This document shows positions 47,986 through 61,543 of a stretch of 64,000 nt of DNA, piece after piece. The DNA is taken from assembly GCA_028534125.1 (NCBI GenBank), contig CM052817.1:104224001-104288000 (forward strand), in the 5' to 3' direction. The stretch is from Lama glama. Lineage: Eukaryota. The translations under genes were made by a program, and so were the position numbers. Below the pieces are notes generated by a model. It searched no databases, was not told the origin of the DNA, and saw only the letters and a program-made list of their open reading frames with translations. Each line of letters begins with the position of its first letter. Within the stretch, counting starts at the first letter, position 1.

Positions 47986-48829
47986 TTTTTTTTAAAAAGA
48001 AATCTATATAGCTGAGCTTGTTGGGTACAGAGCCAAGATTATGGTTCAATTCTTGCTTTAAATTTTCTTGTATACCCACGTGGAGATTTAGACAACAGAC
48101 AAATACACTATAAAGTATCAAATGCTACAACCAGGGTATATAATGAGAGGGGAAATTTCCAACCAATCCAGCCTGGAGGAAAGGTTTCCTCTCACAGTTA
48201 GCTGAGTCCTAAAGGATGATGGACTTGAGCCCACTCTTCTTGGTAGGAAATAATATGACTTTGTATCTGGGATTCAGTGGCCTTGTGATTTGGAATCACC
48301 GTCTTGCACTGCTTTATTTTCTGGGATTATGCAAGAAAAATTAGGAAAGGGGTGAAACAATTTCTTCGTAGGATCAAAGGTTGATGTTAATCCAAGTTAT
48401 TGCGGAACATCTTGAGTGTTCCTGTGCCACTGGACCAGTGATCAAATCTGCAGTGGATAATCAGTTTCTTTTCTGGCTGACTCACCCCTGCTGCCTGTGA
48501 ACACGTCTCTGATGTGCTTGGCTCCAGGCTGCCTGACATCTGCTGGGTCCCTGGTTCACTCTTACGTGCTGTAATGAGATGTCAGTGAGTGTTTTAGGGA
48601 AGCTGTTCAATGTCCCTTCATCTTAACCTAAAAGAAAAATCATTGCTATTGTTTCACACATTATTTGAACACACTTAAGCTTTAACTGTGTGCCAAAGGA
48701 TCTGTAGAGTTTCTTAATGTTTTCTCATACAAATTTTAGAGATAGCAATTAGCTATTCCAAAAAGAGACTTGTTATGAAAATGTTTGGTGATTATTTACC
48801 CAGCTCCCCGTCCACCTGCAGGCTTGATG

Positions 48830-49294
48830 TGTTGGGCGACAATTCTCCATGTGTGTCTTGCATTTCTGCACATTTCATGAGCAGAAGCACCCACCAACTT
48901 TGTTCCAGACTATCTTTTCAAAGATGTTTCTATAGCAAACAGTCTTGGAAGATAGAAATGGTGTCTCCATCCAGAGCAAAGGCAGGTTTGTTTACTGTCC
49001 AGTAGAACAAAGGTAATGTCTCCCGCCAGGGCAAGATCAGGCAGGTTTCCTGCCCTTGGAGAAGTTCTGGGTTCCCTAGCTCAGGATTCCTCTCCTGCAG
49101 GGCAAGATATCATCAAAGCCTCTTTGCATTTTCTTGTGGGCATTTGGGTTCAAGGAATTGGCACAAATGTTAATCCTCTGTCTTCTGCTGTTGCTGTAAG
49201 TAGTAAAGTCACTTGCCTCTGATCTTTGAATTGCCTGTGTTATGCCAGCATCTATGAACTGGTGGCTAGCTAATTAGCCTCACAGTTCTTGACA
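48830..49294 (+). mobile_element. MER89-like ERV1 solo LTR
   Basis: tgttgggcgacaattctccatg...gactatcttttcaaagatgttt...ttggaagatag...cttgaca; flanks tgatg/taatg. Confidence 0.85.
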
Positions 49295-49371
49295 TAATGT
49301 TCTCTTAAATTACTTCTTTTCTACCATCATCTTGTTTCTTTATGGCTGAGTAAATAAGTATATATTTTCAG

Positions 49372-49560
49372 TTTTTTTTTAAATTGAAGTATAGTGATTT
49401 ATAATATTGTGTCAGTTTCAAGTGTACAGCAGAGTGATTCAGTTATAAACATACTTTTTCAGATTATTTTTCATTATAGGTTATAATAAGAGATTGAATA
49501 TTATTCCCTGTGTTACACAGTAAATTCTTGCCATGTGTCTATTTTATGTATAGTAGTTTT
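49372..49560 (-). mobile_element. Short cetartiodactyl L1 3' end
   Basis: T-tail plus aattgaagtatagt...gtgattcagttata...ttccctgtg, homologous to 11463-11655. Confidence 0.85.
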
Positions 49561-49584
49561 CTTTTATGTGTTGCTTTTTACTTT

Positions 49585-51248
49585 TATACTTTTGTATTGA
49601 GTTATAGTCATTTTACAATGTTGTGTCAATTTCCAGTGTAGACCACAATTTTTCAGTTATACATGAACATACATATATTCATTGTCACATTTTTTTTCAC
49701 TGTGAGCTATCAAAAGATCTTGTACATATTTCCCTGTGTTATACAGAATAATCTTGTTTATCTATTCGACATTTTGAAATCCCAGTCTGTCCCTTCCTAC
49801 CCCCCCGCCCCTTTGGCAACCACAAGTTTGTATTGTATGTCTGTGAGTCTGTTTCTGTTTTGTATTTATGTTCTTTTTTCTTCTTTCTTTTTTTTTTTTT
49901 TTAGATTTCACATATGAGCAATCTAACATGGTATTTTTCTTTCTCTTTCTGGCTTACTTCACTTAGAATGACATTCTCCAGGAGCATCCATGTTGCTGCA
50001 GACGGCGTTATGTTGTCGGTTTTTATGGCTGAGTAGTATTCCATTGTATAAATATACCACCTCTTCTCTATCCAGTCATCTGTTGATGGACATTTAGGCT
50101 GTCTCCATGTCTTGGCTATTGTAAATAGTGCTGCTATGAACATTGGGGTGCAGATGTNNNNNNNNNNNNNNNNNNNNNNNNNNNNNNNNNNNNNNNNNNN
50201 NNNNNNNNNNNNNNNNNNNNNNNNNNNNNNNNNNNNNNNNNNNNNNNNNNNNNNNNNNNNNNNNNNNNNNNNNNNNNNNNNNNNNNNNNNNNNNNNNNNN
50301 NNNNNNNNNNNNNNNNNNNNNNNNNNNNNNNNNNNNNNNNNNNNNNNNNNNNNNNNNNNNNNNNNNNNNNNNNNNNNNNNNNNNNNNNNNNNNNNNNNNN
50401 NNNNNNNNNNNNNNNNNNNNNNNNNNNNNNNNNNNNNNNNNNNNNNNNNNNNNNNNNNNNNNNNNNNNNNNNNNNNNNNNNNNNNNNNNNNNNNNNNNNN
50501 NNNNNNNNNNNNNNNNNNNNNNNNNNNNNNNNNNNNNNNNNNNNNNNNNNNNNNNNNNNNNNNNNNNNNNNNNNNNNNNNNNNNNNNNNNNNNNNNNNNN
50601 NNNNNNNNNNNNNNNNNNNNNNNNNNNNNNNNNNNNNNNNNNNNNNNNNNNNNNNNNATTGAGCATTTTTTCACATGCCTGTTGATCATTTGTATGTCTT
50701 TCTTGGAGAATTGCTTGTTTAGGTCTTCTGCCCATTTTTGGATTGGGTTGTTTGTGTTTTTCTTATTATGTCATATGAGCTGCTTATGTATTCTGGAGAT
50801 CAAGCCTTTGTTAGTTTCATCATTTGCAAAAATTTTCTCCCATTCCATAGGTTGTCGTTTTGTTTGCTTATGGTTTTCTTTGCTGTGCAGAAGCTTGTAA
50901 GTTTCATTAGGTCCCATTTGTTTATTCTTGCTTTTATTTCTATTACTTGGGTAGACTGCCCTAGGAGAACATTTTTGAGATGTATGTCATCTAATGTTTT
51001 GCCTATATTTTCTTCTAGGAGGTTTATTGTATCTTGTCTTTTGTTGAAGTCTTTGATCCATTTTGAGTTTATTTTTGTGTATGGTATAAGGAAGTGTTCT
51101 AGCTTCATTGCTTTACATGCTGCTGTCCAGTTTTCCCAACACCATTTGCTGAAGAGACTGTCTTTATTCCATTGTATGTTCTTGCCTCCTTTGTCGAAGA
51201 TTAGTTGACCAAAAGTTTGTGGGTTCATTTCTGGGCTCTCTATTCTGT
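49585..51248 (-). mobile_element. Younger camelid L1 (3' UTR plus ORF2 C-terminal part), spanning a gap
   Basis: ORF 50800-51228 (-) reads GQLIFDKGGKNIQWNKDSLFSKWCWENW...PYTKINSKWIKD; on the other side of the gap ICTPMFIAALFTIAKTWRQPKCP...YTMEYYSAIK. Confidence 0.95.
50158..50657. other. Assembly gap (500 N) inside an L1
   Basis: Run of exactly 500 N. Confidence 1.
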
Positions 51249-51675
51249 GGAACCTCTAGACATTTTTTAATACAACACAGAAATTTAGAAAAATTCTATA
51301 TAGATAATTGAAAAATAATTCTTTCTGAGTCATTATTTTTTTCTTATATTATTGTATTTGAAACACATGGAAATCCTGCATAGCTAGAAATTTGTTAAAC
51401 AATGTGTTGTATACTGAACCTTTGACTCAGTCACTAAGTTGAGTTCCAAATGCCTAAAACAAGACCAATATTTAAGGATGTACATTTCTTAGGTTTTTAC
51501 ACTTCTCTAATATTCAAAGACAGGTTTGGGAGGATTCACTGTTTTGCAAGATGCCAATTTCCAATATTATTTCAACCAGTCTTCCTACATGTTGACCACA
51601 ACCCAGCATGAGATTTTTGTTGTGCACAGGAGCATAGAGAATGTATAGTAATGACAAGAGAGTCTTGATTTGTAA

Positions 51676-51750
51676 CATTGTCATATTCCCCCCCACCATC
51701 GCTGTGAGCTACCACAAGATCTTGTATATATTTCCCTGTGCTATACAGTA
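51676..51750 (-). mobile_element. Isolated internal fragment of the camelid L1 3' UTR, no poly(A)
   Basis: ctgtgagctaccacaagatcttgtatatatttccctgtgctatacag matches 49700-49746. Confidence 0.8.
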
Positions 51751-53349
51751 ACAATGTAAAATCTGGACATAGTATTGTAGTAACTTATCTAAATCATGAA
51801 GTGATTCTTAAACAAAGCTATATAATTTTGTGTAATATGGAGTGATCATTGGGTTACTTTTATTGAATAGCCTTAATGTTTTCTTACCTTAACAAAATAG
51901 ACTTTTATAATGTTCTTTAATAGATAAATTGTTGGAAAGTGCTCTCTTATTTTGTCTATCCTCCTTGAGTTGTCTGACAGAAACTATCTGGGGAGAGTTT
52001 TCAGCAGTAGCAACATATAACATGGAACTTGCATTTTTATTTGATGATGAATTCTGGGGTCGAAGAAAGCAAGAGATCAAGGGTCCTGAGGTGAAGCTTA
52101 CCCCTGCTCTGAAACCGCAGTCTCTTGGGTCAGGGCTTTACTTCTCAGCCTACTGAATGAGCACATGGAATCTGTCTGCAGCTTGTCCGAGCAAATCCTT
52201 TGGGTGGTTCCTGTTATTGGGATTTCCCATTGCCAAAGGTCACGAAGCATCTTTACAGCAAATGCCCTAAAGCATACCTGCTGTTTGCACCTGGTGGCAG
52301 CTCAGAAGCCCTAGATAAGCCTGCATGAAACAAGTTATCATGGGTGTTGATTATGATTAAGCAATAAAGTGTGACACCTAGGTATCATTCAGCTCACTCC
52401 TATAATTCCTGAACTACCATTCCTTCCTGGGTTTTTTTTTTTTGCTTCTCTAGATCCTTTTTTCTTTTCTTTGGCTACAGTAACCTTGCTCCTTTTGAGC
52501 TATTGTTTCAAGCTTCAGGCATTTCCTGTGCATTATGGATTAAATTTTAAGAAGCTGTTTAGTCCATTGTAAAGCATCTATTACATGTTACTGAAAAGGT
52601 GTAGTCAGGAATCAGGCAACAGGGTGTAATATCATATTAGAGCTTTCTCTCTATTTCATATGACTCTATTCTGGGGGGAAAAAGTTCTCTTAAGGTGCAT
52701 GCCTTGAACATACAGGCAATCTTTGGAGGGGTATAAAGTCCACCGAAGTCTCTTTTTATTTTATTGTCAAAAAACAAAGTTTCCTTTTCTTCTTTTATCG
52801 TCAGTTCAAAATTTTTCTTCCACAATGAAACAGAATACATTGTAAATGTCAAATTTATCTTTACGTGGCTCTTCACAGCTGCTGTTTTAAAAATTACTAT
52901 TTGCATATCAAAATTTAGCTCTCAGAGAATCAGTTCCAAATTACACATTTGTTTGTGTATATACATGCATGTTCTTTTCTCTTTTATGGTGAAATTAGCA
53001 ACATTAGAACTCTGCAAAAGCTCATAATTTTTGATGCATTCAAATTAAGTTTTGGTTTTCTCTTTTAGCATCAACTGTTGGATAGTTTTCTATATCTTAT
53101 AGTCTCTGGTTTGGTGCCAGCATCCTATGTATCATGAAAGTAGTTTGCAGTTTTTGTCATATCCTGGCAAAATGACCTTCTCTCTTTACGACTTTAATTC
53201 TAATTTACGTTTTTATACCATTCTTATATGTTATGTATGTAGACAGTGTTAAAGAGGGTTCAGCCCTGGGTAATGTTGTTGCTTGTCATTAACATGTGGA
53301 CAATATTTTCTGTATTGTGGCGGCCTGCATTTCTTCTTCCTATTTTAAT

Positions 53350-53620
53350 ATTCATCTAATATTGTTGAGTATCTGCGGAGTGTTATGATCTGGCTTTGGC
53401 CCTGAAGATAGAAGAGATTCATTGGAAAACAGCTTCACCCCTTTCTCAGAGCACCCTCAATGTAGGTAGGGAGGCAGACAGTGAATGAACAGCAGTGCAA
53501 TGCAAGAGGCTCTCTGGTGGTGGAGTAAATAATCTACCAAGCTCTCACAGACAGGGAAGCAAGTATGTAACCAGGCAAGGTATTGCAGGGTTACTGCTGG
53601 AGTAGTTTCTCATAGACTGC
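53350..53620 (-). mobile_element. Degenerate L2
   Basis: ttcatctaatattgttgagtatct...gtagggaggcagaca. Confidence 0.4.
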
Positions 53621-55989
53621 ATGACAAAATTACGGGAGCTGGGAAAAGCCATCACAAGGAGAAAAACACAGATAAGCGGCCACAAGGAGACTTACAAGGG
53701 CCAGCTTCTCAGGAAACAAAAATTAAAAAGTAATTTATTGACAGTGACTATATCTTTTATCATTTTGAATTTGGGCATTGGTTTATCATCAATTAAACTA
53801 TGATATTCAAAACCCAGATATTACTGAATATTTAAGGGCATGTAATTTCTGAGAATGGCAAAGAGTCATTTGTGGCAAATAAATGTACTATAAAAAGAAA
53901 AATCTTGGTAATTGATATCTGAGTTATTAATCAGGTCAAGTGTCCATGATTTAAAAAAAAGACTCAGTGTATACAGTAGTATACTCAATCATATTTTGGA
54001 CATTGAAATGTAATTCTGATTAGGTCACACATAATTTTAATGTTAAAATAAGTAAATTCTACTGTATTATGGATACTGTATGTTCAGTTAACCTCAGATA
54101 TGGAAGGAAATCCACAAATAGGCTTCCATATGTTTCATTTGACAAGATTTTGTTTAAAAACCTTATATTTACCATGATTATTACTGATTATTTAAAGACT
54201 TAAAGAAATTGGATAACAAGTTTAAATTTAATAAAATACTAGAACTGTATTCCCTTTTTTTCTTTATTTTATGCATTTATCACTACTGGAGAGGGAAGAG
54301 GGAGATTCTTTGGGAGTGAGTAATAAGAATTTACTGATTTTTGGTATATACTTGCCACTAAGAAATCTACTTATTTGCCAATCTACTTACTTGCAAAAGA
54401 AGTCTGAGTGAACTACCAAGATATATTTGGAACGTCAGGTAAAAAATACAGGCAAAAAAGATGTACCCCAGTGGTTGATGACATTCAAACATTAATAAAC
54501 GTTCAGATTTACACTAAGTATGTAAAATATATAGTAGAAACATTAGAAAATATTAAATTATACTGTTGTCTTCTAGTTCCCTAAATGAAAATGTAAAGAG
54601 GGAAACATGTAGCTCTTCTAGAAGAGTGACAGTGTCCAACAAATAAAATCTCTCTTTGATTATAAAATAATTGAGTAGAAATTTCAGCTGGTAAGATAGA
54701 AAAGGAAACGAATAGAGGTTCAGAGTCCCTTAGCATGGACAAAACAAGGAAAGTGGTCTAGAAAGTTATTTTTAATTAAGAGTTTTGCAAAACTTAGGGG
54801 AAAAAACTACATTTACATAAATGATAAAAGTTCCTCTAATAAACCTAGAAATTCAAGCACGTCTGTATTTATATCCTCATACATTTTTCACATGTTAGCC
54901 ATGCAGAGTTTTGTGTATATTAAATAATGCAGTAACCCAATGGTATGGTTTTAAGTGGGTCAATGAAAGGTGTTTAAAATATTTGATGTGAAATGTTCTG
55001 TAGCATCTACTTGTTACAAAGGGATATGCCTTTCTGAAACTTCGCTTGAGTAATGAGTAACATAATCCTCTTGAAATGAGCTCAAAGATCAAGAGAATTT
55101 GAAAGGAAACCAATCTTCCTGAAAGCTATATTTTCAGGCTCAATGAGGATGGTAAAAACTACGTACTTGAAATTTTAAGCAAAACATCTAGACATTTCAG
55201 TGACTTTCAAGATGGAGACATAAATCTAGGGGATGGATGACAAAGTTATTACAATCAGAAAATTTCACATGGCGATGCTTTTTCTCAATAAATATATACA
55301 TAAAATATATTTACTATGAAATCAATGGCTTGCTAAACTTTTTATGATAAAAAGATAGATAAGATGTTTTCACACTGGAAAAAGTTAGAAGCCCATATTT
55401 TATTTAAACACCTTTAAATGTGTTCATAAAGCTACTTAAGAAACTGAAGTTTCTTTTTTGCTTTTGTTTTCCTTCTTACACAATTACATTTTCATATCCT
55501 TGGTAAACAGACTTCTTGAACATGTCTGGTCCACATAGCAAATGTATTCTTCAAAGACACTGCACACTAACTTTTAGGAATTTCAATCTTTCACTAAATT
55601 TCCTCATTTCTACAGAGATGAGGGTGGAAGTTAGTCTATTTTCAACCCAGTGGTGATTAATTTATTTGGAACTTTAAGTAAAACCAATTTGGTCACTTTT
55701 GAATCCCAAACAAGTAATACGTATTTTTCTGCCGACCTCTTGTAGTTATTTGTTTATTTCTCCTAAGAAGGTAAAAATAACTTGCATCAAAATGCCTACC
55801 TTCACCTGCCTTTCTTTGTGCTAAGTGCCTGAACCATGTAATTTAGACCAATTTGTCAGAGTAATTAAATCATTTGTCTTTGGACGTGTGCACTTTTCTA
55901 CTGGCTATTGATTAGAACTGTTTGGAGAAATGGAGTGTAGTTTTCACAGACCTGAAAAATAGAATCCATGTTTCAGTTTTGAAAACAAA

Positions 55990-58900
55990 CTTTCTAAAAA
56001 TTGTATAACTGTTCTAGATTTACAGAAAAGCTCACTTAATACAAAGAGTTCCCATACACTCTATAGTTTCCCCTCTGAGCATCTTACATTAGTCTGGCAT
56101 AATTGTTACAATTAATGAACTAATGTTAATACATTAAAATTAACTAAAGTCTGTACTTTATTCAGCTTCCCTTCATTTCTACCTAATGTCATTTTCCCAA
56201 CATCCCATTCAAGATACATCCCATCTAACCTCATGCCTTCTCATGCTCCTCTGATCTGTGGCAGTTTCCCAGTCCCACCTTGTTTGGTGACCTTGACAGC
56301 CTTGGAGATTATTGATCAGGTATTATATAGAATGTTCCTCAATGGTTCCTCATAATTTTTCTGATTCTTAGACTGGAGTTCTGGGTTTGGGGGAGGAAGA
56401 TCCCGGAGGTAAAGTACCATTTTCATCACATCTAAAAAGTGTACATACTATCAGCCTGACATCATTGTTGGTGTTAACCCTAATAACTCGACCAAGGTGA
56501 GGTCTTTTGGGTTTCTCCACTGTGATGTTAACTCGTCTTTTCCATCTTTCCATATCGTTATTATATACTGTTGCTATACACTGTATATATATATATATAC
56601 ACACACACACAGTATACACTGTATATATATACACACACACTATATACTGTATATACATACACACATACTATATACCATATATACTATATATTATATGCTG
56701 TTACTTTATACTGTCTGTACTGGAGTAGGGATTGTGCTCTTTCTCAGCCTTTGAGAGTGGACTATTTATTTGCATGATTTATTTAGAATTCCACATGAGA
56801 GATTTCTCTCTTCCCCATTTATTTTGTATTCAGTTATTTATATCACTATGAATTCATAGGGATTTAACTTATGCTTTGGGTTATAGTCTGATATATATAT
56901 AATACTTTGTTTTGCTTGGTTCACATTATTCCAACTCCAGCCATCTACAGTGGTTTTGTTTGGCTCCTATGTCCCTTTGGCATCTACCCGTCATTGCGTT
57001 TGATTGGTCGGTAGTTCGGTTGGTTTTTTGTTTTGTTTCTCAGCATTTCCGTACTTTCTGGCACTGCAGGTTGCTCCAGGCTCATCATGTATATTTCCTG
57101 CCCCAGTCCTGGAATCAGCCATTTCTCCAGGCAGCCCTGGCCCTTTTTATTGGAGAACAGTATTAGAAACCAAAATCTAAGCGTGAGGTGTATTCCTTGC
57201 TGGAGGAGTGTCTGCTTCTAAGTCCTCTCAGCTGACAGAGCAGAGAGGTATCTGCACATGTACTAATCCGTGTGCATGCACATGTTTTCAAATATTTCTA
57301 CATGTAGTTGAGCTAGATGTGGGTTCATACTGATGTCGCCAACTCTAATCATAGTGATGTTTTCATCTCTAATACCACATGGCACCTGGCTTCTCCCTCT
57401 GCTTAACTGCAACCTCCCACTCCAACACTGAGAAGCATGGCCCTCGTTATCTGCCAACCACTTACTTAATTGCTCCATCCCAGCCTACGTGTCTAGCTGG
57501 GTACCAGAGCTGTCAACTCGTACCTCCACAGGGACAGCTATGTGAGCGGCAGCACAGTGCTGATGTGCAATTACTTCTTGCTTTTAATCTTATAGACTCC
57601 ACTCTCTGTGAAGTACTTAGGTCAGCACAGTTTCCCGCATACTTTTATGTGAGGTCATTTCATATCTTTGTCACATATTTAGATTGTATTTTTCACATTC
57701 CGTCTTGGGATCTCCCAACCTTTGAAATGATATGTTTTAATTCGTGTACATTTTCAGGTTTACACTTTGTACTGTGAAGTTTTATAGATTTGCACAAATG
57801 TGTTTCTAACGCGCCCACCATTACAGTGTCCTACAGAATGTTTTCACTGCCCTATCACTGTTTATTTCACTGTTCCTATGATTTTTCCTTTTCCGGAATG
57901 GCATGTAATTGGAATTATACATAAATTTGCCCTTTTCAGACTGGCTTCTTTAACATGATAATATACTTTTAACATTCACTCATTGCTTTTTACGGCTTGA
58001 TAGGCCATTTCTTTTTATCTCTGAATAATGTACCATTGTATGGATGTACCACAATTTATTTATCTATTCACCTATTGAATGATATATTGGTTTCTTTCAG
58101 CTTTTAGCAATTATGAGTGAAGCTGCTATAAACCTTTGTGTACAGGTTTTAGTGGAAGCATAAATCTCAAGTCAGTTGGATAAATAGCTACAAGTGAACT
58201 CATGTTTAGCTCAATTACAGGTAGAAATATTTATAAACGTGTATGTGCACAGACCAGTACATATACAGATGGTATGTATTTGGTATATGGTAAATCTAAA
58301 TATAAAATCTAAATCTAACTATATGGTAATATTTGGATTTGTTTGAAAAAACTACCAAATTGTCTTCCAAGGTGGCTGCACCCTGTTGCTTTCCCACCGG
58401 GAATGAATGAGAGCTCCTGTTGCTCTGTATCCTTGGAGAGCGTTTGGTGTTATCAGTTGGGTTCAAGCCATTCTCATAGGTGTGTAGTGGTATCTCGTTG
58501 ATTTAATTTGCATTTCTCTAGTGACATATCATGGTGAGCATCTTTCATATGCTTATTTGTCACCTGTATTTGTGAGGGGTCTGTTGAGATCATTTGGCCA
58601 TTTTTCACTGGGTTGGTTGTTTTCTTACTGATTTTAAAGAGTTCTTTGTATATTTTAGATACAAGTTCTTTATCCAGTATGTAGTTTTCAAATATTTCCT
58701 CCCAGTCTATGGCCTCAGTTTTCATTCTCTGAAAAGTCTTTTAAGGAATAGAGGTTTATAATTTTAATAAATTCTAACATCAGTTTTTTCTTTCATGGGT
58801 CATGATTTTAGTATCTTGTCTAAGACTTCATTGCTGAAACCAAAGCCACTCACATTTTCTCCTTTGTTTTCCTCTAGAAGTTTTATAGTTTTCACTTAAA

Positions 58901-61052
58901 TTAGGTCTGTGATCCATTTTGAGTTCATTTTTGTGAAAGATGTAAGATTCTGTGTCTAGATGTGATTTTTCACGTGTGAATGGCCAGTTCTTCCAGAACC
59001 ATTCATAGAAAAGACTATCTCTTCTCCATTGAATTGCTTTTGTTATTTTCAAAGATGAGTTGATAATAATTATGAGTTTATTCTTGCACTCTCTATTCTG
59101 TTCTGTTGTTTTATACATTCATTCTTTTGCCAATACCACTCCGAACTGATTACTGTCACTTCGTGGTAAGTTTTGAAAGCGGATAATGTGAGCCCTTCAG
59201 CTTTGTCTTTCTTCACTATCGTGTTGGCTCTTTTAGATGTTTGCCTTTCCATATAAGCTTTAGAATAAACTTGTCAATATCTACAAAAACAGCTTATTGG
59301 GATTTTGATGGAAGTTGTGCTGAATCTATAGCTCAAGTTAGGAAGAACTGATGCCTTATGACTATTGAGCCTTCCCATCCATGAACCTAAAATCTGTCTG
59401 CATATTTATTTAGATTTTCTCTGATTTTTACAATCAAGACGTAGTTTCCCACAAAGATCCTTTAATTATTCTATTAAATTTTTACCTAAATATTTGTTTT
59501 TTGGGTGCTATTGAAAATGGTGTTGGTTTGCTTTTCAAATTTCAGATTCTGGTTGTTCACTGACAGTATACAGGCATTTGGGTGCATAGGAAAGCAGTTG
59601 ACTTTTGTGTATCAAGTTTGTATCCTGCAACTATGTCTTCTGCTTTGTTATCTTTATTTCTGCTTCTGCTATTTCAGCTAGGCAAATGTTAAATCTTTTG
59701 AAATAATCGGACAGTTCTTGCGTGTTCTGCTTTTTTTTTTTTCATTCTCCTTGCATTTCACTTGGGAAGTTTCTACTCATCTATTGTCAAACTCATTGAT
59801 AGTTTTCTTGGCCCTCTCCAGTCTGTTGATGAGCCTATCAAATGCATTCTTCATTTCTGTTACAGTGTTTTGATTTCTATCATTTTCCTTTGATTCTTTC
59901 TTGGAGTTCCTACCTCTCAACTTGCCCTACCCATCTATTCTTGTATGCTATCTACCTTTTCCATCGCAACCCTTAACGTATGAAGAATTGATTTTAAAAT
60001 TCCCTATCTGATAATTACAATATCTGTCATGTCTGAATCTGGTTCTCGTGCTTTTTTCCATCTCTTCAAACTTTTTTCTTTCTTCCTTTTTGGTATGCTT
60101 TCTAATTTTTTTTTTTTTTGGTTGAAAATCACATGTGTCATATTAGGTAGTAGAAACTGAAGTAAATGCACATGAAGCGAGTGTCTGTTATTCTGGCCAG
60201 AAATTGGGCTGTATTTACTGTTTGCTACAGAGTCTGCTACCAGATGCCTCAGATTCTTCTAGCATCCTGTGTCTATCTGTTCTGTTGACTCTGAATCTCC
60301 CTGAGAGCTCCTTCTCAAAGAGAGTTTGCACCCTGCAGTGTGCTCAGTTGTAATCTGCTATTATCATCCAGAAGCCCTGCTGGTATGGTGGTAAGTTACA
60401 GAAGAGGGGCTGTATTCTGTAATTGTATGACTGAGTCTTTGAGCGGGCCTGTGTTTCTGGGCTGTGGTCTTCACAAGTGTTGCTTAGTTTCCCTCCCCAC
60501 CTTAGGGGAGTCAGGAAACCTAGAAAGGCCTGGAGTGGGGGCAATGCCCTTCACTCAGGTAGGTTACTATGACTGTACTAAGATACTGTCACTGAAGGAG
60601 GAGTCTCTAGGACATTTCTTGATGGTTACTCTCCCATTCTCCCCACTAGTGCCACAGTGGTGTCTCTCTCAGCTGTTCACATGAGATCTAGCCAAATTTC
60701 CTGGTGGCAAAACCCAGGAAAGGTGGGGCCTCCACTAAGAATGCAGCTCCCAGGAAATTCTCATTCTCAACCAAGTCCATAGTGTGCCTCCAGTAATACA
60801 TCAAAATCATTGGTGCTACCAGCAGTGTACGGTTCTAGCAGCTTCTCTGTGTGTATTCTGAAACTGCCCAAAAGTCTCTGTATGCATCTGTCTCGCTGTG
60901 TTTGGGGGCGGTGTTTTTTTATCCCTACCACCTCATTCTCTAATGGTTCCAAGAAAAAGCATCAATTTTGAGTTTGTTCAGCTTTATCTTTTTGGAAGGA
61001 GGAGAGTGATGATCCCTAAGCTCTTTACATGACAGAGTTTAAACTCTAAGCC
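55990..61052 (-). mobile_element. L1MC/MD-type element with both 3' and probable 5' ends and a large internal deletion near 59635
   Basis: 3' UTR motifs (ttacaattaatgaac, ggtgaccttgacag, ccagtcctggaatcagccatttctcc); ORF2 remnants (KAIQWRRDSLF, GLTLSAFKTYH); then L1M4-like ORF1/5' sequence (ctgttgatgagcctatcaaatgcattcttcatttctg ... aagctctttacatg). Confidence 0.75.
56560..56715. repeat. Compound (TA)n/(CA)n repeat with about 30-bp higher-order units
   Basis: tatacactgtatatat...acacacac occurs three times with decay. Confidence 0.85.
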
Positions 61053-61543
61053 CCTCCCACTTCACTCTTTATGCCTCCATGACTGGCCCAACATGTGTGC
61101 TGAATGCAGAGCCAGCCCCACGACTTCATGGAGAGGCTCCTTAGTCACGGCTAAGGAGCAGCTCCCCCATCTGCGGTGCTGGGCTGGGCGTGCCCTTCCC
61201 TTCACCTGTGATGGAGTCTATTCAGACTGGAGGAGTCACTGCTGTTACAGGTTTCCCGAGGTAGCCGACCTCGGAGCTGTCCCTCCTCCTTTTCTAACAA
61301 CCTTAGTGTTATAGCTCACACTGCTCCCAAGACTGACTCTCCCAAGCCCTTCTCTCTGCGCTGCCCCAGCAGAGGGGGCATGGGAGCCCCCTTCTCTTTA
61401 TTTACCACCAGGCTTCCTTACAAGGCTAGAGGAACTTATAAGACCTCCCAGAAAGATCTGTGCTTCTAAAAGGGCTTGCAAGGGAGAGGGAGAGGTTTTA
61501 AAAAGACAACTATATACTAAATATATCTTTCCTATAGTCTAAG

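Noticed and set aside
49901..50900. 180-262 aa ORFs across the second gap
   Set aside because: N-run artefacts; the readable parts are L1 ORF2 or its antisense.
61366..61382. CTCF-like CCAGCAGAGGGGGCA
   Set aside because: Mismatch at the highly conserved C of the GGC core.
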